A stretch of DNA of 28,451 nucleotides from Candidatus Woesearchaeota archaeon. Lineage in GTDB: Archaea > Nanobdellota > Nanobdellia > Pacearchaeales > GW2011-AR1. The stretch lies in the NCBI GenBank assembly GCA_964397665.1, contig CAYNJW010000004.1:6660-35110 (forward strand), in the 5' to 3' direction. Both the position numbers and the translations under genes were made by a program. Each line of letters opens with the position of its first letter. Within the stretch, counting starts at the first letter, position 1. Below are positions 1 to 7,175 of this stretch, piece after piece. Under the pieces are notes generated by a model. The model ran no database searches. It worked only from the letters and a program-made list of their open reading frames with translations, and was not told where the DNA came from.

Positions 1-40
1 TAGAAAGAATAAACTACTCTAAAATGACACTGAACATAAC

Positions 41-48
41 TTTTTAAA
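41..48 (+). promoter_or_regulatory. TATA-like box (TTTTTAAA) for the 70..1185 gene
   Basis: The box ends 22 nt before the ATG at 70. The same spacing recurs at at least 11 other genes in this window. Confidence 0.5.
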
Positions 49-69
49 GAAAAGATTATTAAAAAACTA

Positions 70-1185
70 ATGAATGAAAAACAATATATTGCCATAGAAA
101 ATGAACTAACAAGTTTTAGAAAAAATGAACAAAAAAGAATTAAAGGAAAAGAATTAAAAATTTATTTTTCCAAATTAAAAAACCAAACACATTATACTTC
201 AAAAAAAGAAATAACAACCACCCAATTAAGTCAAATAGAAAAAAAAGTTTTAAGAACTGAAACTGGGAACGCATATTATATTGATGGAGATGTTATAGAA
301 GTAGTGACTCCACCAATAGAAATAAACTATGGTTTTGCAACAAGATTAACGAATTCTTTAATGATTGCAAGAGAAAATATTCTAAAAACAATTCCTTTAG
401 AACATACTGGATATAGTATTCACTGGAATTTAACAACTCCTTATTCTTCAAAAGAAAAAAACTCTGAAAATAGAAAAAAATTTATGAGACCATTAATAGT
501 TCCATTTCAAATGTTTGGTTTAACACCTGTTTCTATTGGATGTGCAATAAGAGAAAGATATCCTAGGTGGGAACTAATGAGTGATGACATACCTACAGAA
601 AAACAATTATCTGCAACTGCACTACTACTTGGTGCATATTTAAAAAATCAAAAAAACAAAAGTTTAATGAATTATCCAACTGAAATTGAAATCAGAAAAT
701 CTAAAAAAGATAATCGGCTTGTATATTCAAACAATTATACAAACAGGGTAAAAGTTATCTCAACAATTGAAGGTAAACAAACAACTCAAGAATTCCTTTT
801 ATCATTTTATGAGAGAATTCACAAAGAGATAGAAAAACTTGGAGATAAAAAAGAGATAGAAAATTTAGAAAATTTTATTTTAGGAAAGGAAAATTTAGAA
901 ATAGACCACAATGATTTTTGGATAAAAACAAGAAATAACCAACCAAATAACCTTGGAATCAATTTACCACTAAAAATAAAAAATAAAACAAATATCTTCA
1001 GAAAAAATAAAATAAAAAAACAAACACCATTAGAAGGAAAATGTTATGGTGTAATAATCTCTAAAAAAAATATCCAAAAATTTAGTTGGAATAAATTAAT
1101 TATTAAAAATGAAGATGGAACTTTAAGCAAAATAGAAGGTGTGGAAAATATTATTAACTATGGATCAAGATTATTAAACAATTAA
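70..1185 (+). CDS. hypothetical protein (orphan; weak glutamine-synthetase/GCL-fold amidoligase-like motifs)
   Basis: 371-aa ATG ORF with a correctly spaced TATA box. No family is recognised with certainty. The ordered motifs IAIENEL, DGDVIEVVTPP and GYSIHWNL resemble GS-like amidoligase motifs, but this rests on memory only. Confidence 0.6.
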   Translation: MNEKQYIAIENELTSFRKNEQKRIKGKELKIYFSKLKNQTHYTSKKEITTTQLSQIEKKVLRTETGNAYYIDGDVIEVVTPPIEINYGFATRLTNSLMIARENILKTIPLEHTGYSIHWNLTTPYSSKEKNSENRKKFMRPLIVPFQMFGLTPVSIGCAIRERYPRWELMSDDIPTEKQLSATALLLGAYLKNQKNKSLMNYPTEIEIRKSKKDNRLVYSNNYTNRVKVISTIEGKQTTQEFLLSFYERIHKEIEKLGDKKEIENLENFILGKENLEIDHNDFWIKTRNNQPNNLGINLPLKIKNKTNIFRKNKIKKQTPLEGKCYGVIISKKNIQKFSWNKLIIKNEDGTLSKIEGVENIINYGSRLLNN

Positions 1186-1244
1186 TTTTTCTCAAACAAA
1201 AAAGATACAAACAATTTATAAATACTGAAATTCTTAAAATATTA

Positions 1245-1249
1245 GGAGG
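1245..1249 (+). promoter_or_regulatory. Shine-Dalgarno-like GGAGG upstream of the oxidoreductase operon
   Basis: GGAGG lies 5 nt upstream of the ATG at 1255. A TTTATAAA box at 1215-1222 sits further upstream, so this is one of the few leadered genes in the window. Confidence 0.5.
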
Positions 1250-1254
1250 GATAA

Positions 1255-2781
1255 ATGAAATATACAATTTTAATAGGTGGTCGAGCAGGACAAGGAATAA
1301 ATAAAATTTCTGAGATAATAACTGAAATTGTAAATTCTTTTGGATATTACATCTTCAATTATCGCGATTATCCTTCATTAATTCGTGGAGGGCATAATTT
1401 TAATGTTTTAACAATTTCTGATAAACAAATAGGTTCGATAGAAAAAAAAATAGATGTATTAATTGCTATGGATGAAAAAACAATTAAATTACATAAAGAA
1501 AAACTAAAAACTAAATCTTGGTTAATTACTCCAAAAGGTTTTGAAAAATTGGGAAGAGATTTGAATATTGCTCAAGCAACTGCTTTTCTTAAAATTCTTG
1601 GAATTCCAAAAAAATTAATCTTAAAAGAGGTTACAAAAAACTTTCAACATCAGGGAGCAAAAAACGCCGTTGAAGATGGTTATAATTCTCAAAAGGAGAA
1701 TATTAAACTAAAAAAACTAAATAATAAAATTTCAATTTTAACAGGTTCACAAGCAATAGCAAAAGGTGCAATAAACTCAAAAGTAGATAGGTATATTGCA
1801 TATCCAATGACTCCATCTACAGGAGTATTACATGAAATGGCAAACAAACAGTTTAACAATAACTTTGTAGTATTTCAACCAGAAAATGAAATCGCAGTTG
1901 TAAACATGGCACTAGGATCGAGTTTTGCAGGTGCAAGAACCATGATTGGAACTGCAGGCGGAGGATTTGACCTAATGACTGAAGGATTAAGTTTTCAGGG
2001 AATGTCTGAAGTCCCTTTAGTAGTTTATCTAGCCTCAAGACCTGGACCTGGTTCTGGAGTCCCAACATATTCTACACAATCTGATGTAGATATTGCGTTA
2101 AGAGCTGGACATGGTGAATTTCCAAGAGTTGTAATCGCACCAGGAGACCCAATTGAAGCTATTGAAAAAACAAATGAGTCCTTTTATCTTACTGAAAAAT
2201 TTAATACTCTTTCAATAATTTTAGCGGATAAACATCTTGCAGAAAGCCAATATTCCTCTCACAAAAAAGAAAATAAAAATATAAAAATTTCTCAAAATAG
2301 AAACATTCCAGGAAAAACTATTGTAAAATCTTCATCTTATGAACATAAAATAGATGGAAATACAACAGAAGATGCAAAAATAACAAAAATAAATGCAGAT
2401 AATAGAATTAAAAAATATAAAGAAATAAAGAAAGAATGTGCAAAATTTGAGATGGTAAAAATTCATGGTAAAAAAAATTCAAAAAATTTAATTATAGGAT
2501 TTGGTTCAACAAAAAACCAAATTTTAGATGCAATTGAAAATCTTGACTGCAAATTTCTTCAAGTAATCTATCTAAAACCAATGTCTAATAAAATAAAAAC
2601 AGAAATGAAAAAAGCAAAAAAGATTATTTTAATAGAACAGAATAGCACTGGACAACTTGGAAGACTCTTAAGAGAAAAAACTGGAATTTCAATACTTGAA
2701 AAAAATAGAATTTTAAAATATGATGGGAGACCATTTTATTTAGAAGAATTAAAATCAGAAATTAAAAAAAGATTAAAATGA
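1255..2781 (+). CDS. 2-oxoacid:ferredoxin oxidoreductase, fused gamma-alpha subunit
   Basis: A gamma-type N-terminal domain (GGRAGQGINK...YPSLIRGGHNFN) is followed by an alpha/POR_N-type domain (GSQAIAKGAI...YIAYPMTPSTG) and a domain-II-like C-terminus. The stop overlaps the next start (ATGA at 2778-2781). Confidence 0.85.
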   Translation: MKYTILIGGRAGQGINKISEIITEIVNSFGYYIFNYRDYPSLIRGGHNFNVLTISDKQIGSIEKKIDVLIAMDEKTIKLHKEKLKTKSWLITPKGFEKLGRDLNIAQATAFLKILGIPKKLILKEVTKNFQHQGAKNAVEDGYNSQKENIKLKKLNNKISILTGSQAIAKGAINSKVDRYIAYPMTPSTGVLHEMANKQFNNNFVVFQPENEIAVVNMALGSSFAGARTMIGTAGGGFDLMTEGLSFQGMSEVPLVVYLASRPGPGSGVPTYSTQSDVDIALRAGHGEFPRVVIAPGDPIEAIEKTNESFYLTEKFNTLSIILADKHLAESQYSSHKKENKNIKISQNRNIPGKTIVKSSSYEHKIDGNTTEDAKITKINADNRIKKYKEIKKECAKFEMVKIHGKKNSKNLIIGFGSTKNQILDAIENLDCKFLQVIYLKPMSNKIKTEMKKAKKIILIEQNSTGQLGRLLREKTGISILEKNRILKYDGRPFYLEELKSEIKKRLK

Positions 2782-3602
2782 AAAAAACAACAAAAGAAAA
2801 ATTAAGAACAAATGAAGAAATGACTTGGTGTCCTGGATGCCCAAATTATATGATTTTAGAAAGTGTAAAAACTGCACTATCCAAACTTATTAATTCTAAG
2901 AAATATAAACAAACAGATTTTGCAATGGCTTCAGATATTGGATGTAATTCAAAAATATTTGATTATCTGAATATTTCAGGTATTTATGGACTTCATGGAA
3001 GGTCACTTCCAACAGCAATAGGAATAAAACTTGGAAATCCAAAACTAAAAGTTTTATCTTTTACCGGAGATGGTGCAATTTATTCTGAAGGAATTTCCCA
3101 TTTAATTCCTGCATTCAGATACAATGTTGATATGACACTATTAGTACATGATAATCAAGCCTTCTCACTAACTACTGGACAACCAACAGCAACTTCCCAA
3201 CAAGGATACAGTTCAAAAGCAGACCCACGAGGAGTAATGGATCAACCATTAAATCCGATAAAGTTAGCTTTAGCATGTAATGCTACATTTATAGCAAGAA
3301 CAAATGCTAAAGATATTAAACATACTGCTGAAATTATTGAAAAAGCAATTAAACATCGAGGTTTCTCATATATTGAAATTATGCAAGATTGCTTAATATT
3401 TAATAAAAAAATAAACAACAAAGACTCAATAATGTATAAAATAAAAGATAACAAAAATTTAAAAATTGCAGAAAAACTTGCAAATGAATATGACTATAAC
3501 TCTAAAAAAGGAAAAATACCTTTGGGAGTAATTTACCAAACTAATAAACCAACACTAACTGAAAAAAGACCACTCCTAAAAAGGAAACTAAATAATAAAT
3601 GA
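2778..3602 (+). CDS. 2-oxoacid:ferredoxin oxidoreductase, beta (TPP-binding) subunit
   Basis: Contains the WCPGCPNY Cys motif, DIGCNS, and the TPP-binding GDGAIYSEG motif. It overlaps both neighbouring genes by ATGA. Confidence 0.85.
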   Translation: MKKTTKEKLRTNEEMTWCPGCPNYMILESVKTALSKLINSKKYKQTDFAMASDIGCNSKIFDYLNISGIYGLHGRSLPTAIGIKLGNPKLKVLSFTGDGAIYSEGISHLIPAFRYNVDMTLLVHDNQAFSLTTGQPTATSQQGYSSKADPRGVMDQPLNPIKLALACNATFIARTNAKDIKHTAEIIEKAIKHRGFSYIEIMQDCLIFNKKINNKDSIMYKIKDNKNLKIAEKLANEYDYNSKKGKIPLGVIYQTNKPTLTEKRPLLKRKLNNK

Positions 3603-4447
3603 ATAAAAATAATTTAACATTAATTGGGGAAAAATTAAATTCTAAAACCCCAATGTTAATAATGCTTGCTCCAGCATTTCTAACAGATTTTAAATTTCCA
3701 GACATAATTCATCAATTAAAAAAATTAGGATTTGATAAAGTTACTGAAATAACCTTTGGAGCAAAAATAGTAAATAAAGAATACCATAAACTATTAAAAA
3801 AAACAAATAGATTAGTAATCTCTTCTCCATGTCCTGGAATAGTCCATACAATCTCTCACAACTTCCCCAAACTTAAAAAAAATTTAGCAAAAATTGACAG
3901 CCCTGTTGTTGCTATGTCAAAAATCTGTAAAAAAGAATATCCTAATCATGAAATAACTTTCCTATCTCCTTGTGAATTTAAAAAAATAGAAGCATCAAAA
4001 ACAAAAACAATTGACTGGGTAATCGATTTTGAACAACTTAAAAAACTTATCAAAGAAAAGAATATAAAAAAACCGAAATTTAAAAAGAAAAACCTAACAT
4101 TTGATAAATTCTACAATGATTATACAAAAATCTATCCACTTTCTGGAGGACTTTCTCAGACTGCACAAATCAACAGAATACTAAAAAAGAAGGAAATTAA
4201 AGTTATAGATGGCATTCTTAATGTAATGGAATTTATGAAAAATCCTGACCCAAAAATCAAATTTGTAGATTGTTTATTCTGTGATGGTGGTTGTATTGGT
4301 GGACCTCATACAACAAAAAAAATTTCAATTGATAAAAAAAGTAAAATTCTTAAACAATATCTTAAACAATCTAAAAGAAAAAGTATTCCAGAAAATAGAA
4401 AAGGATTACTAAAAAGAGCAAAAAATTTAAAATTTACAAAACAATAA
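3599..4447 (+). CDS. [FeFe]-hydrogenase H-domain-like protein (minimal, 282 aa, no accessory cluster domains)
   Basis: Aligns by eye to the clostridial HydA H-domain. MLAPAF...LGFDKVTEITFGA matches QMAPAV...LGFDKIFDINFGA. L1-like SSPCPG has Cys78 at 3830-3832, L2-like SPCEFKKIE has Cys125 at 3971-3973, and L3-like FCDGGCIGGPH has Cys228/Cys232 at 4280-4294. Confidence 0.75.
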   Translation: MNKNNLTLIGEKLNSKTPMLIMLAPAFLTDFKFPDIIHQLKKLGFDKVTEITFGAKIVNKEYHKLLKKTNRLVISSPCPGIVHTISHNFPKLKKNLAKIDSPVVAMSKICKKEYPNHEITFLSPCEFKKIEASKTKTIDWVIDFEQLKKLIKEKNIKKPKFKKKNLTFDKFYNDYTKIYPLSGGLSQTAQINRILKKKEIKVIDGILNVMEFMKNPDPKIKFVDCLFCDGGCIGGPHTTKKISIDKKSKILKQYLKQSKRKSIPENRKGLLKRAKNLKFTKQ

Positions 4448-5309
4448 TTAAAATTGCCCCAATTAACATAACTATTGTTGCTAAAATTCTAATAAATAAA
4501 TTCTTATCTTTGAAAATTCTCCCACCAATTATTATTGCGAAAAAAACAGACAGCCTCTTTATAGACAACACCAAAGCTACTGGAATTAATTTAACTGCTA
4601 AAATTTGTAAATAACGATAAGATAATGTAATAAAAGATAGAATGAATATGGCTCTCCAAGAATATTTAATAGTTTTTTTTATTTCAGAGTAATCTTTAGA
4701 AACTAAAACTATTACTAAAAAGATAATTGCTAAAAAAAGATGTTGAAATGCAAAAAAAGCATTTACTTGAATTTTAAATTTACTTAATAATGCTTTATCA
4801 AGAATTGAAGTAGTAGTAAATAAAAAAAGTGCGATAAAAATGTACTTATTTCCTTTTGAACTAAATAGTTTTTTTACGGGAGTTAAAAAATCCAGTTTTC
4901 CACCTAATTGCAAAACATACGTCCCTATTAGTAAAAATAAAATTCCAATAATTTCAAAAAAAGATAAAACATCTCCAAGAATAAGAAATGCAAAAACTGC
5001 AACTAATCCAGGAGTAAGAATCAACATTGGTAAAGCTTTGCTAATCTCTAAATCTTTAATTGCGAGCATAACACACACAAAAGAAATTGCACCTAAAAAA
5101 CTTTTAAAGAACAACACAAAAAGACTAATTAATGTTAATGAATGATAATCTATAAAAAAGAAAAAAGGGATTGAGATAATAAAATTAAAAAAACCTAAAA
5201 GAAAAGAAAAAGATAAAGCTTTATCCTTAAATAAAATCTTCTTCTCGAGAATTGCAGCAAAAGCAGAAAAAATTGCAGAACCAAAAGCAAATAAATATCC
5301 TTCTAACAT
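4434..5309 (-). CDS. EamA/DMT-family membrane transporter
   Basis: 291 aa with about 10 hydrophobic segments arranged as two EamA-like halves. Its start overlaps the tatD stop by 7 nt. Confidence 0.7.
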   Translation of the reverse strand: MLEGYLFAFGSAIFSAFAAILEKKILFKDKALSFSFLLGFFNFIISIPFFFFIDYHSLTLISLFVLFFKSFLGAISFVCVMLAIKDLEISKALPMLILTPGLVAVFAFLILGDVLSFFEIIGILFLLIGTYVLQLGGKLDFLTPVKKLFSSKGNKYIFIALFLFTTTSILDKALLSKFKIQVNAFFAFQHLFLAIIFLVIVLVSKDYSEIKKTIKYSWRAIFILSFITLSYRYLQILAVKLIPVALVLSIKRLSVFFAIIIGGRIFKDKNLFIRILATIVMLIGAILIIVL

Positions 5310-6100
5310 AAATCGAATAACTCCACAGAATTCTTATAAATTTGTTTAGCAACTTCTTTTTCAGTTAAATTCTTAATTTCTGCAATCCTCTTGACTGTAA
5401 TTGTAACATTTGCAGGTTCATTTCTAACTCCTGCTATTGGTGATAAATAAGGCGAATCTGTTTCTGTCAATAATTGTTCAAGAGGAACTAAATCTACCAA
5501 CATTTCAAAATGTTGTAATCGAGTAATCACTGGAGGAACAGAAAAATAAAAACCAGCTTCAACACCTTCTCTAATTAAAGATTTTTTCCCATTAAAACAA
5601 TGCATTATAACTTTCCTTAAATTATTTTCTTTTAAAATTTTAATAGCATCAGCCTCTGCTTTTCTAGAATGAATCACTATTGGTTTATTTATCTTTTTAG
5701 CAAGTTCTATACTTTTTAAAAAAACTGCTTTTTGTTCTTCTTTAAAATCTGGAGCAATCTGATAATCTAAACCAACTTCTCCAATTGCAACACAGTCTTT
5801 TGAATGTTCTTCTATCCATTTAATCTCTTTATCTACTGAAAAAGGTTTAATAACTCTTGAAACATCATCATCTAACTGTCCAACAAGTTCTATAATTGAA
5901 TCTATTGGGTACAACCCAAAACTAGCTTTTATTAAAGAATACTTCTTACTAAGTTCTAAAGTTTTTCTATTTGTTTCAGGATTGACCCCTGAATTGATTA
6001 TAAAACTTACACCTTTCTCTTTTGCCCTAGTTAAAACATCTTTCAAATCACCCTCAAAACGCGAACTTTCAACATGTGCATGAACATCTACAAACTCCAT
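5303..6100 (-). CDS. tatD: TatD-family metal-dependent hydrolase/DNase
   Basis: N-terminal DVHAHV motif, plus GEVGLDY, VIHSR and TDSPYL motifs typical of TatD. Confidence 0.85.
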   Translation of the reverse strand: MEFVDVHAHVESSRFEGDLKDVLTRAKEKGVSFIINSGVNPETNRKTLELSKKYSLIKASFGLYPIDSIIELVGQLDDDVSRVIKPFSVDKEIKWIEEHSKDCVAIGEVGLDYQIAPDFKEEQKAVFLKSIELAKKINKPIVIHSRKAEADAIKILKENNLRKVIMHCFNGKKSLIREGVEAGFYFSVPPVITRLQHFEMLVDLVPLEQLLTETDSPYLSPIAGVRNEPANVTITVKRIAEIKNLTEKEVAKQIYKNSVELFDLC

Positions 6101-6111
6101 ATATAAAAAAG

Positions 6112-6179
6112 AAAAGCATAGTTTTTATTATTTTGCTAATCACCTTTTAATCTCTTTTCCATTGAAAATCAAAGTTGAA
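6112..6179. repeat. Direct repeat copy 1 (68 bp, identical to 7108-7175); an orphan copy of the tsaC 3' end plus the functional tatD promoter
   Basis: Base-by-base comparison at an offset of 996 nt gives 68/68 identity. Identity is lost at 6111/7107 and at 6180/7176. Confidence 0.95.
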
Positions 6180-6362
6180 AAACACAAGCGGAATGTAATG
6201 ACTTCCAGAGTTTTTTGTAAAAAAAATTTGGGAAAATTCTGTAAGGATTTTCTGTTAACTATTGTTGCTTTACCCTAACGAAGTGAGAGTCTCCAATGCA
6301 TTGCAAAAAAATGAGGAGTTTGAATACTCTTTACCACTATTAAATGACTAAAAATAGAAAGA

Positions 6363-6370
6363 TTTATAAA
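6363..6370 (+). promoter_or_regulatory. TATA box (TTTATAAA) of the insert ORF, with GGAGG at 6396-6400
   Basis: The box lies 40 nt upstream of the ATG at 6410. GGAGG is 9 nt upstream of that ATG, implying a leadered mRNA, unlike most host genes. Confidence 0.45.
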
Positions 6371-6409
6371 TGGAATTTCTTTTCTACTTTTGCAAGGAGG
6401 ACAAATAGA

Positions 6410-6838
6410 ATGAACAAAACACAAATAACAAATGCAGATCTTGTAGAGAGATTTCCACAAATAAGGAATAAAACTACTGCTATGAAAGCTGTAATGGATG
6501 TTCTGAAAGAAAGTCTAGAACCTGCATATCAGGGATTAGAAGTAAGACCCTATTTTGAAAATAGGGATATTGGCATATTAATGCCTTTATATGCTCCTGA
6601 ATTGAAAGGTTACCATTTAATTCAGAAAACAAAACTAGACCAACCAGAAAGAACTATCAAAAAAAGTCTTTTCGGACTTATAAAAACACAAGTAACTAAA
6701 ACACATGACAAGAGAAATATCGCCTATGGAGGTATAGAATCTTCTGCTCTTGACGTTCTTGTATATGAAAGCGAAGTTTTACAAGCATGTGAAGAAATTG
6801 CTAGAAAAACACAAGGTGGTCTTAGGGTTAGATTATAA
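6410..6838 (+). CDS. hypothetical protein (142 aa), sole cargo ORF of the insert
   Basis: The ORF track begins at the ATG at 6344, but only the ATG at 6410 has GGAGG at proper spacing, and no TATA box sits 22 nt upstream of 6344. I recognise no motif in it. Confidence 0.6.
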   Translation: MNKTQITNADLVERFPQIRNKTTAMKAVMDVLKESLEPAYQGLEVRPYFENRDIGILMPLYAPELKGYHLIQKTKLDQPERTIKKSLFGLIKTQVTKTHDKRNIAYGGIESSALDVLVYESEVLQACEEIARKTQGGLRVRL

Positions 6839-6844
6839 ATCTAA

Positions 6845-6860
6845 TTTCTTTTTTATTTTT
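6845..6860 (+). terminator. oligo-T tract downstream of the insert ORF
   Basis: T6 at 6849-6854 and T5 at 6856-6860 lie right after the stop at 6836-6838. Archaeal termination typically uses oligo-T. Confidence 0.35.
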
Positions 6861-7107
6861 ATTATCTTTATTTAAAACTCACTAATCAATGAAAAATTTT
6901 GGTGAGCTTTGTGAACATTTTATCCTTCGTTAGACAAAGTGCAAAGCATTTTGTAAGTTTTCATTGATCTGATAAGTTGTAGATTAAAAGTCTTTACATT
7001 TTTCTTGACATTCGAAAATAAGTAGTTTTTCTATTTTTGTCTAAAACAAAAAGCTATTTGTCCGAAGGACGTATGCTTATCTCTCCTATCATTCGGGTTG
7101 GAAGAAA

Positions 7108-7175
7108 AAAAGCATAGTTTTTATTATTTTGCTAATCACCTTTTAATCTCTTTTCCATTGAAAATCAAAGTTGAA
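7108..7175. repeat. Direct repeat copy 2 (68 bp); contains the last 12 codons and stop of tsaC plus 28 bp downstream
   Basis: Identical to 6112-6179. On the minus strand it encodes ...STLIFNGKEIKR*, continuous with the tsaC ORF. Confidence 0.95.

Larger units (their letters stand above)
6180..7107. mobile_element. Putative integrated or non-autonomous element (928-bp insert between 68-bp direct repeats)
   Basis: Flanked by direct repeats that regenerate the 3' end of tsaC. Holds a single SD-led orphan ORF and a 269-bp non-coding tail. G+C looks higher than in neighbouring genes. No recombinase gene is present. Confidence 0.45.

Noticed and set aside
6275-6460. 61-aa minus-strand ORF inside the insert, and the alternative upstream start (ATG 6344) of the plus-strand insert ORF
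   Set aside because: The minus ORF overlaps the promoter/SD and 5' end of the better-supported plus ORF and has no promoter signal. ATG 6344 has neither a TATA box 22 nt upstream nor a well-spaced SD, whereas ATG 6410 has GGAGG 9 nt upstream.
6275-6933. 9-bp inverted repeat CTAACGAAG (6275-6283) / CTTCGTTAG (6925-6933) flanking the insert ORF
   Set aside because: A rough estimate gives about one such 9-mer inverted match by chance within ~900 bp. No extended pairing surrounds it.
6996-7040. Bacterial-looking TTGACA (-35-like) with A/T-rich downstream sequence in the insert tail
   Set aside because: All other signals in the window are archaeal (TATA/BRE-type promoters, TBP, archaeal tRNAs), and no matching -10 lies at proper spacing. 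It is most likely coincidental.
6188-7097. Possible terminal inverted repeats of the insert (6188-6201 GCGGAATGTAATGA versus the reverse complement of 7084-7097, CCCGAATGATAGGA)
   Set aside because: Only 9 of 14 positions match, and the two segments sit at unequal distances (8 and 11 nt) from the direct repeats. This is too weak to call a TIR or MITE-type element.
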